Shown here in pieces: positions 56,591-64,000 of a DNA stretch of 64,000 nucleotides (position 1 is its first letter; each line of letters opens with the position of its first letter). A model generated the notes under the pieces. The model made no database searches and was not told the origin of the DNA. It saw only the letters and a program-made list of their open reading frames with translations. The translations under genes were made by a program, and so were the position numbers. This DNA comes from Burkholderiales bacterium (GTDB lineage: Bacteria > Pseudomonadota > Gammaproteobacteria > Burkholderiales > SG8-39), in NCBI GenBank assembly GCA_036555245.1, contig DATBLP010000073.1, positions 3,659 to 67,658 of the forward strand. The letters are read 5' to 3'.

Positions 56591-56782
56591 CTATTCGGGG
56601 ATTTGTTTGAGCAGCGACTCGAGGCGGCTGCGTGCACCGTCGATTTTCTCGGCAAGCTGGCGCTTGTCGCCCTGCAACGCGGCCAGCTGCTGCCGCAGGC
56701 CGCGATTTTCGTCGCGCAGGCGCTTGCACAGTTGCGCGGCCTGTCGGACTTTTTCTTCTAGTGCTGCAAGCTCGCTTTCCAT
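56591..56782 (-). CDS. Small coiled-coil protein upstream of zapA (ZapB/TIGR02449-like)
   Basis: LAALEEKV..LRDENRGLRQQL..ARSRLESLL; synteny with zapA. Confidence 0.8.
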   Translation of the reverse strand: MESELAALEEKVRQAAQLCKRLRDENRGLRQQLAALQGDKRQLAEKIDGARSRLESLLKQIPE

Positions 56783-56896
56783 CGGCACACTATAGTTTGG
56801 AAAATCCTGTTAAGTCAAGGTGTAAGGATTCGTTTTCAATGTAGATTCCCAAACCGAGGCCAAGTCTGCCGGAAGACTTGTGTTGTACAATCAAGG

Positions 56897-57155
56897 CGCT
56901 CGTTCGAGGTGTTCCGGCGCGTTCCTCGCGCCGGTTTGAAACGGGAAAGAGGTGAGGGATCCAGCGATTGGGGCGAATGCCCTTTTCGTTCTCGATTGCC
57001 AATTCCTCTGCTGCCCCCGCAACGGTAGGTGAGCGCGGGCGTGTCAAAAGCGGCCGTAGTCCGGCGCTCTGCGCGGGGCTGCAGCCCGGCCACTGCGAGC
57101 GCGAACTCGCGGGAAGGCGATACGCCTGATCCCACAAGCCCGGAGACCGGCCCCG
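56897..57155 (+). ncRNA. Cobalamin (AdoCbl) riboswitch
   Basis: AGGTG..AAACGGGAA..GGTG, CTGCCCCCGCAACGGT, GCCACTG..GGGAAGGC and B12 box AGCCCGGAGACCGGCC; upstream of a TonB receptor; ends approximate. Confidence 0.92.
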
Positions 57156-57259
57156 CACGATGGTCGGATGCCGCGGGGCGTGGCGCGAGCCTTCTCTGCC
57201 TCCTGGTTTCCGTTCGCAACCCTTATTGGGCCTGCGGGGACGCTGGCCGGGAGGCTCCC

Positions 57260-59269
57260 TTGAAACATTTCGCCGCGGCCGCCCTTCTTATGGCCGCTCT
57301 CTCATCGTTTGTCCGCGCGGAAGGTTCGGAAGAAAGAGCAATCATCGTCACGGCGACGCGCTTTCCGCAAGACCGCCTCGACGCGCCCATCGGCATGACC
57401 GTCATCACGGCTCGCGAGATCGTCGAGAGCGCGGCGAGGACACTACCGGAGCTACTTTCTCGGGAGGCGGGCATCATTGCCCGCGATAACAGCGGCAGCC
57501 CCGATTGGCAGGTGGATATGCGCGGGTTCGGCGTGACCGGGGACCAGAACACGCTCGTGCTCGTAGATGGTCAGCGTCTGAACGAGAACGAGCTCGTTTC
57601 ATCGCGCTGGTCGGCTATTCCGCTCGATAGCATAGAGCGGATCGAGATCTTGCGCGGATCAGGAGGAGTCCTCTACGGCGGTGGCGCAAGCGGCGGCGCG
57701 ATCAACATCATCACGAAAGCGCCCCGGGCGGAGTCTCGTGGCGCAAACGGGGGCGTCGGCGCTGGGACCTATGGAACACGCGAGGCGCGGGCCGGGTTCA
57801 ACATCTCGGATCGGGTTGCAGGGATCAGTATGCACGCAAACGACTACGTATCCGACAACTATCGCGACAACAACCGCGTCGAACAGCAAAACGTCGAGGG
57901 CGAGCTGCGCTGGTTTGGATCCAAGGGACATGCGGCGTTCAAGGTCGGTCACGACAGGCAGAGTCTGCGGTTGCCCGGTGCGCGCACAGCGGAACAGGTT
58001 CAGAACGATCCGCGGGGAGCGAGCACGCCGGGAGACTACGCGACTCGAGAAGGCGCGCGCGCTGCCGCATCGATGAGCGAACGGCTCGCGTTCGGCGAGC
58101 TTGCCGCGGAACTCGCCTACCGTGACAGCCGACGCAAGTCCCTGTTGAAGGACTATACGGGGTTCGGGCTTCCCGACCTATATACCGATACCCGCACCCA
58201 CGCCTGGTCGCTGACCCCTCGCGTGAAAATCCCCTACGAAGCCCTCGGCAGCCGCCACAACATTGTCCTGGGGTTCGACGCCGACGATTGGGACTACGAC
58301 TCGCGCAAGGCTGACAGCGCCGATACCCTTTCCAATCCTACCGCGCACGTGCGGGCGACACAGCGCGGCGGTGCGGTATACGCCCAGCAAAACACTGCGC
58401 TTGGAGAGAACACGAAGATCACGCTGGGCGGGCGCTTGCAGCGCACTACCACGACAGCAAGAGACATCGTAAATCCGGCAGCCTACGCGTCAGGCTCGAA
58501 GACGAGCACCCCGCGCGCCTGGGACCTGGCCCTGCGCCAGAACTTGGGCGAGGACACGTCCGTCTACGGCCGCATCGGCAGAAGCTTCCGCATCGCCACC
58601 GTAGACGAGGTGTACAGCCAATTCGGCGGGCCCGTATTCGATGCGATCGTCACCCTGCTCGAGCCCCAGACCTCGCGCGATCACGAGATCGGACTGGAAT
58701 ACCGCGCCAACGACTTGCGGATTCGTGCCAGTGCGTTTCTCATGAACCTCGAGAACGAGATCTATTTCTTTGCGCCCACTTTTTCCAACATCAATTTGCC
58801 GCCTACGAGACGCCAAGGGCTCGAACTGGACGCGTCGCTGCACGCCGGAGCGACAGTCTCTCTGTTTGGGAATGTCTCGGCGACGCAGGCCCGGTTTCGC
58901 GACGGGAGAATCGGCGGCGTCGACGTTACGGGCAACACGATCCCTCTCGTGCCGAGGGACTGCGTCAGCGCCGGAATCTCCTGGCAGGCGGCGCGGACGG
59001 TGCGCATCACCAGTGTGGCTCGCTATGTTGGCAGGCAGTTCTACGATAACGACCAGACCAATACCTTTCCCAGTCGGATGCCTGGCTATGCGACCGCGGA
59101 CCTGAAATTGACGCACGTCTCGGGCAAGCTCACCCTGAGTGCGGCAGCCAACAACATTTTCGACAAGCACTACTACAGCTACGCCATTCGCAATGGCGCG
59201 GGCACCTCGTTCAACGCGTATCCGCAGGCGGGCCGCACGTTCCTCCTGAGCGCCGAATATCGCCTGTGA
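57260..59269 (+). CDS. btuB: TonB-dependent receptor, probable cobalamin transporter
   Basis: Signal peptide, TonB box IIVTATR, plug MRGFG/LVLVDG/IERIEILRG/GAINIITK, C-terminal NNIFDKHY..GRTF..EYRL; B12 riboswitch upstream. Confidence 0.85.
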   Translation: MKHFAAAALLMAALSSFVRAEGSEERAIIVTATRFPQDRLDAPIGMTVITAREIVESAARTLPELLSREAGIIARDNSGSPDWQVDMRGFGVTGDQNTLVLVDGQRLNENELVSSRWSAIPLDSIERIEILRGSGGVLYGGGASGGAINIITKAPRAESRGANGGVGAGTYGTREARAGFNISDRVAGISMHANDYVSDNYRDNNRVEQQNVEGELRWFGSKGHAAFKVGHDRQSLRLPGARTAEQVQNDPRGASTPGDYATREGARAAASMSERLAFGELAAELAYRDSRRKSLLKDYTGFGLPDLYTDTRTHAWSLTPRVKIPYEALGSRHNIVLGFDADDWDYDSRKADSADTLSNPTAHVRATQRGGAVYAQQNTALGENTKITLGGRLQRTTTTARDIVNPAAYASGSKTSTPRAWDLALRQNLGEDTSVYGRIGRSFRIATVDEVYSQFGGPVFDAIVTLLEPQTSRDHEIGLEYRANDLRIRASAFLMNLENEIYFFAPTFSNINLPPTRRQGLELDASLHAGATVSLFGNVSATQARFRDGRIGGVDVTGNTIPLVPRDCVSAGISWQAARTVRITSVARYVGRQFYDNDQTNTFPSRMPGYATADLKLTHVSGKLTLSAAANNIFDKHYYSYAIRNGAGTSFNAYPQAGRTFLLSAEYRL

Positions 59270-59326
59270 GCCCAGCTCGCGGCGCAGCGGCGGAATTCGG
59301 AGCGGTTTTCTGCTAATGTGCGCAGC

Positions 59327-60418
59327 ATGAATTACGGCCCCGCCGATGCGATCGACGTATCCGGGCTGCGGCGCGCGCTGGTGATTCAGTTGCGCCACCA
59401 CGGCGACGTCCTGCTGTCCTCGCCGGTGTTCACGGTTCTCAAGAACCGCGCACCGGGGATCGAGATCGATGCGCTCGTATACGCCGAAACCAGAGAGATG
59501 TTGGACCACCATCCCTCAATTTCCCGGGTGCACGTCGTAGAGCGCAAATGGAAGGAGCTCTCTGCGCCCTCGCGTTTCGCCGCTGAATGGCGTCTGTATC
59601 GCACGCTGCGTGGCCGGGCCTACGATCTCGTGATTCATCTTACGGACCATCCGCGCGGGGCGTGGCTCGCGCGGGCCTTGGGTGCGCGCTATGCCGCGGC
59701 TCCGAACGCCAAACGCAAATCGCGTGCCTGGAAGCGAAGCTTCACGCATCTGGCTCCGCTTCCGGCTCACGGCGGCCGTCACAGGGTCGAGCTCAACCTG
59801 GATGTCTTGCGTCGCATCGGAATTCAACCGGGCGAGGAGGAACGCGAACTGGTTCTCGTGCCCGGGCGGGACGCCGAACGTGAAATCGGGATTCTCCTCT
59901 CTGCGCAGGGCCTCGTCGCGAAGCGTTTTGTCCATTTCCATCCGGGGTCGCGCTGGCAGTTCAAGTGCTGGCCGCCCGAGCGCGCGGGCTCGCTCATAGG
60001 TGCCCTGGAGAAGCGGGGCGTTCGCGTCGTGCTCACGGCTGCGCCGGATGAGAGGGAGATGGCGCTCGTCGCTGAAATCCGGAAGCATGCCACGGCTCCT
60101 TTCGCGGATCTGGCAGGAAAGTTGACGCTCAAGCAACTGGCGGCCCTGACCGCAAACGCGCGACTCTTCATCGGGGTCGATTCGGCGCCCATGCACATCG
60201 CCGCGGCGATGCGCACCCCGGTCGTGGCCTTGTTCGGGCCGAGCAGCGAGATCGAGTGGGGGCCATGGCGGGCGCCGAACCGGATCGTGGCGTCAGCGCA
60301 GCATGCTTGCCGTCCCTGCGGCAACGACGGTTGCGGAGGCGGCAAGGTGAGCGAATGCATCACGCGGCTGCCCGTCGACTCGATACTCGAGGCGGCAGAC
60401 TCGCTGCTCTCGAGATGA
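59327..60418 (+). CDS. rfaQ: LPS heptosyltransferase III-like (GT9)
   Basis: LRHHGDVLL, HPGSRWQFKCW, GVDSAPMHIAAA, LFGPS. Confidence 0.85.
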   Translation: MNYGPADAIDVSGLRRALVIQLRHHGDVLLSSPVFTVLKNRAPGIEIDALVYAETREMLDHHPSISRVHVVERKWKELSAPSRFAAEWRLYRTLRGRAYDLVIHLTDHPRGAWLARALGARYAAAPNAKRKSRAWKRSFTHLAPLPAHGGRHRVELNLDVLRRIGIQPGEEERELVLVPGRDAEREIGILLSAQGLVAKRFVHFHPGSRWQFKCWPPERAGSLIGALEKRGVRVVLTAAPDEREMALVAEIRKHATAPFADLAGKLTLKQLAALTANARLFIGVDSAPMHIAAAMRTPVVALFGPSSEIEWGPWRAPNRIVASAQHACRPCGNDGCGGGKVSECITRLPVDSILEAADSLLSR

Positions 60419-61275
60419 TCCGGATTTCCGCGTGCGCCATGGCGGCGGCGCTTGCCGCCGGCGCGCAGGCCGCGCAACTGGCCGATGATCGCGGAGTGAC
60501 GGTCTCCCTTCAACACCCGGCCGAACGGATCGTCGCTCTTGCTCCGCACCTCGCCGAGATCACCTTCGCCGCCGGCGCGGGCGCGAGGCTCGTCGGCGTG
60601 TCGAGCTTCAGCCGCCATCCGGCCGAAGCGGAGAGGCTCCCCGTCGTGGCGAGTTCGGGCCGAGTTGACGTCGAGCGCGTGATCGCCCTCAAGCCGGACG
60701 TGGTGCTCGGCTGGCGCAGCGGCAATTCACCGCTGCAGATCGCGCATCTGGAGCGCCTCGGCTTCAGCGTATTCGTCACAGAGGTCAGGTCGGTCCGGGA
60801 CATCGCGCGACTCACGCGCGATGTGGGTGCGCTCGCAGGTACTGGCCCGCCTGCCGATGAACGCGCGCGGACACTCGACCTGGAGGTCGCCGCGTTGAGC
60901 GCAAGGCATGCCCGCGTGCGACCCGTTGCGGTGTTCCTCGAGATCTGGCATCGACCCATGCTCACGGTGAGCGGCGAGCACCTCATCAGCGACGCGATCG
61001 GAATCTGCGGCGGGCGCAACGTGTTCGCCGATGCGAAGACGCTTACCCCGCACGTCTCGAACGAACAGCTCCTGGGTGCGCGCCCCGAGGCGATCATCAC
61101 CGGCGGCTACGGGAGTCAAACCATGGCGGCGGCGTGGCGAGGTCTGGAGCCGGTTCCGGCCGTGCGCAAGGGCAGGGTTTATGTGATCGATCCGGATCTG
61201 CTGTCCGCACAGGGTCCCCGGTTTCTCGAAGGCCTGCGCGTTCTGTGCACGCGCTTAGAGGCGGCGCGAAGGTAG
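60415..61275 (+). CDS. btuF: Cobalamin-binding periplasmic protein (BtuF-like)
   Basis: DDRG, RIVALAPHLAEITFAAGAG, ALKPDVV, CGGRNVF, PAVRKG, GPR..LC; ATGA overlap with rfaQ. Confidence 0.82.
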   Translation: MIRISACAMAAALAAGAQAAQLADDRGVTVSLQHPAERIVALAPHLAEITFAAGAGARLVGVSSFSRHPAEAERLPVVASSGRVDVERVIALKPDVVLGWRSGNSPLQIAHLERLGFSVFVTEVRSVRDIARLTRDVGALAGTGPPADERARTLDLEVAALSARHARVRPVAVFLEIWHRPMLTVSGEHLISDAIGICGGRNVFADAKTLTPHVSNEQLLGARPEAIITGGYGSQTMAAAWRGLEPVPAVRKGRVYVIDPDLLSAQGPRFLEGLRVLCTRLEAARR

Positions 61276-61281
61276 GGATCT

Positions 61282-62400
61282 GTGCGTCTCGCCATCGTGC
61301 GGCAGCGCTACAGCGCTTACGGCGGCGCCGAGCGCTTCATCGAGCGCGCGCTTGCTGCCCTTCGCGGTCAGGGCGTGGCGGTGACGGTATTCGCGCGCGA
61401 ATGGACCGGCGATCCGGGAAGCGTCGTGCGCTGCAATCCTTTCCACATCGGACGACTGTGGCGCGACTGGAGCTTCGCGCGGGCGGTGCGACTCGAGCTG
61501 ACTCGCCGTTCGTTCGACCTGGTGCAGTCGCATGAGCGAATCGCGGCTTGCGATCTCTACCGCGCGGGCGACGGCGTGCATGCCCAGTGGCTGCAGAATC
61601 GCCGGGCCGCATTGGGTCCAATCGCTCGTCTCGGCCTCACGCTCAACCCCTACCATCGCTATGTTCTGGCCGCCGAGCGTGAGGTCTTCGAAAGCGCGCG
61701 GCTTCGAGCGGTGATCTGCAACTCGCGCATGGTCCGTGAGGAGATACGCTCGCGCTTCGGCGTTCCCGAGGCGAAGCTGCATGTGATCTACAACGGCATC
61801 GATCTCGAGGACTTTCATCCCCGGCTGCGCGAATCGCACCGGACGCGAGTTCGGGAGGAACTGGGCATCGCGCCGGACGCGCTCGTGCACCTGTTCGTCG
61901 GTGCAGGTTTCGAGCGCAAGGGCGTATTTCGTCTTCTGCAAGCGTTTGCCCGCTCCGTCCGAGAAGCGCATCTCATCGTGGTCGGCCGGGACAAGCTGCA
62001 GGGGCGCGCGGAGCGGCTGGCTCGTTCGCTGGGCATCGCCCAGCTCGTCCATTTCGTAGGTGGGCAGGCGGATGCACGTCCTTTCTATGGGGCCTCCGAC
62101 AGTTTCGTGCTGCCTACGCTCTACGATCCGTTCCCCAACGCCGCGCTTGAGGCCATGGCCTGCGGTTTGCCCGTAACAACGACCCACCAGTGCGGCACGT
62201 CCGAACTGATCGAAGAGGGCGCGAACGGGTTCGTTGTTGACGCACTGGATGTCGACGCGCTCGCCGCGTCCCTTGCCGGGCTGGATGTCGTCAAGGCGCT
62301 TGAAATGGGGCGACGGGCGAGGCAGCGCGCCGAAACCCTCAGCCTCGACCTGATGACCGAGCGGTTGCTCGCGCTCTATCGCAGCTTGATGCGAGCCTGA
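61282..62400 (+). CDS. GT4 LPS core glycosyltransferase (RfaG/WabG-like)
   Basis: GGAERF, QSHER, YRAGDGVH, GFERKG, YDPFPNAALEAMACGLP. Confidence 0.88.
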   Translation: MRLAIVRQRYSAYGGAERFIERALAALRGQGVAVTVFAREWTGDPGSVVRCNPFHIGRLWRDWSFARAVRLELTRRSFDLVQSHERIAACDLYRAGDGVHAQWLQNRRAALGPIARLGLTLNPYHRYVLAAEREVFESARLRAVICNSRMVREEIRSRFGVPEAKLHVIYNGIDLEDFHPRLRESHRTRVREELGIAPDALVHLFVGAGFERKGVFRLLQAFARSVREAHLIVVGRDKLQGRAERLARSLGIAQLVHFVGGQADARPFYGASDSFVLPTLYDPFPNAALEAMACGLPVTTTHQCGTSELIEEGANGFVVDALDVDALAASLAGLDVVKALEMGRRARQRAETLSLDLMTERLLALYRSLMRA

Positions 62401-62474
62401 CACGCGCGCGCTTTGGTTTCATTCCGCGGGATCGGATCCGGAGCGGCTATAATGCGACATTTTCCTGCGCAGCC

Positions 62475-64000
62475 ATGGCATCGTCCGACGCCACCAGCCT
62501 GCAGCTCTACCTCCGTCTGCTGCGCCACGTCAAGCCGTACTGGGTCCCGTTCGGGCTCGCCATGCTTGGATTGGGGTTGACCGCCGCGACCGAGCCGATT
62601 TTCCCCGCAATCCTGCAACCTCTGCTCGACGGAAGCTTCGTGCAAAAGCAGGGGGGGATGCTCGTCTGGCTGCCGCTCGTCATCGTCGGCTTGTTCCTCG
62701 TGCGGGGCACGGCTTCGTACCTGTCCGACTACCTGATGGGCTGGGTCGCCAACAAGGTGATACTCGACCTGCGCAATGCCATGTTCGCGAATCTGATGCG
62801 TCTTCCGACCTCGTACTACGACAACAATACCAGCGGAAACCTCATCTCCAAGTTCACCTACGACGTGATGCAGCTGGCGGGCGCTTCGACCGGCGCGCTC
62901 ACGGTGATCTTCAGGGACACGCTGACGATCGTGGCATTGCTCGGCTACCTCTTCTGGATCAACTGGAAGCTCACTCTGGTGTCACTCGTGGTGGGACCGC
63001 CGGTCGTCTTCATTACCCGGGCATTTTCCAGACGCCTGCGCAGCATGAGCCGGGCAACGCAAAGCGCCATGGGCGATCTGAATCACGCGCTGGAGGAGTC
63101 GGTCGGCTGCCATCGAGTGGTCAAGGTTTTTGAAGGACAGGACTACGAGAGGGCCCGCTTTGAGGCGGGATCCAACAAGATCCGCCGCTTCAACATGAAG
63201 ATGATCTCCGCCTCCGCCGCCAGTGCACCGGCGGTGCAGCTCATCGTGGCGCTGGCGCTCGCGTTCATCATCTATCTCGCGACGCGCCAGGCCGCCGCCG
63301 ACGAGACTACCGTGGGCGGATTCATGGCCTTTCTCACGGCGATGCTGCTGGTGCTGCCGCCGCTGCGGCGCTTGACCGGCGTGAATCTGACCGTGCAGCG
63401 CGGACTTGCCGCCGCAGAGAGCGTGTTTCGGGTCATCGACGAACAACCGGAAGTGGACACCGGAACGCGCGAGATCGGCCGCGCAAAGGGCGACCTGGAG
63501 TTCAAGAATGTGAGCTTCACCTATCCCGGTGGCGGCCGGGCGGCGCTCGATGACGTTTCTTTCTCGATTCGCTCAGGCGAAACGGTAGCGCTGGTGGGAG
63601 CCTCCGGCGCCGGAAAGTCGACGCTTGCCAACCTGCTACCACGCTTCTACTCGCCGAACTCCGGCCGGATCCTGCTCGACGGAATCGATATCGCCGAGCT
63701 CAAGCTCGCGAGCCTGCGCTCCAATATCGCCCTGGTGAGCCAGGAGATCGTGTTGTTCAACGACACCGTCGGCGCCAATATTGCCTACGGCCGCCTTTCC
63801 GGAACCAGCGATTCCGACATCGTCCGGGCTGCGGAGGCCGCGCACGCGATGCAGTTCATCAGCGAGATGCCCGAGGGACTCGCCACCCTGATCGGCGAGA
63901 ACGGAGTGCGTCTTTCGGGAGGCCAGAGGCAGCGCCTTGCGATTGCCCGCGCTTTCCTGAAGGACGCACCCATCCTGATCCTCGATGAGGCCACTTCGGC
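62475..64000 (+). CDS. msbA: Lipid A flippase MsbA (3'-truncated by the window edge)
   Basis: MASSDATSLQLYLRLLRHVKPYW, TM domain, GASGAGKST, LSGGQRQR, ILILDEATS; TATAAT at 62448-62453; absent from the ORF track because it has no stop. Confidence 0.9.
   Translation, partial: MASSDATSLQLYLRLLRHVKPYWVPFGLAMLGLGLTAATEPIFPAILQPLLDGSFVQKQGGMLVWLPLVIVGLFLVRGTASYLSDYLMGWVANKVILDLRNAMFANLMRLPTSYYDNNTSGNLISKFTYDVMQLAGASTGALTVIFRDTLTIVALLGYLFWINWKLTLVSLVVGPPVVFITRAFSRRLRSMSRATQSAMGDLNHALEESVGCHRVVKVFEGQDYERARFEAGSNKIRRFNMKMISASAASAPAVQLIVALALAFIIYLATRQAAADETTVGGFMAFLTAMLLVLPPLRRLTGVNLTVQRGLAAAESVFRVIDEQPEVDTGTREIGRAKGDLEFKNVSFTYPGGGRAALDDVSFSIRSGETVALVGASGAGKSTLANLLPRFYSPNSGRILLDGIDIAELKLASLRSNIALVSQEIVLFNDTVGANIAYGRLSGTSDSDIVRAAEAAHAMQFISEMPEGLATLIGENGVRLSGGQRQRLAIARAFLKDAPILILDEATS

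Noticed and set aside
57029..57259. N-terminal extension of btuB in the ORF track
   Set aside because: It overlaps the riboswitch; the signal peptide and RBS point to TTG 57260

Overview
High-GC chromosomal window whose gene order (argS-SPOR-dsbA-SDR, hemE-priA, zapA-ssrS-EVE, liu operon) points to a betaproteobacterium. From left to right it contains: a copper-resistance trio (Met/Gly-repeat Spy/CpxP-like protein, CopG/DUF411, Cu(I) P1B ATPase); a beta-CASP nuclease + AMP-phosphorylase-like + PRPP-synthetase-like triad; icmF; an unusual divergent signalling locus (small exported TPR protein and 1656-aa exported NHL-FN3-TPR-transglutaminase-like protein opposite a CHASE2 adenylate cyclase) followed by three glycan-modification genes; an acyl-CoA ligase/Liv-type ABC/Bug/PaaK-like/CoA-transferase cluster; the leucine/isovalerate (liu) operon with LiuR and an inserted glycosyltransferase; phaC; housekeeping genes, including an easily missed 35-aa bTHX ribosomal protein; a DnaA-box cluster upstream of priA; 6S RNA; a cobalamin riboswitch with btuB; and LPS core genes interleaved with btuF, ending in a truncated msbA. 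I saw no transposase, integrase, CRISPR array, tRNA or rRNA. The best candidate for an undescribed system is the TPR/transglutaminase/CHASE2-cyclase locus (11043-18822). All calls come from motif recognition by eye; no searches were run.
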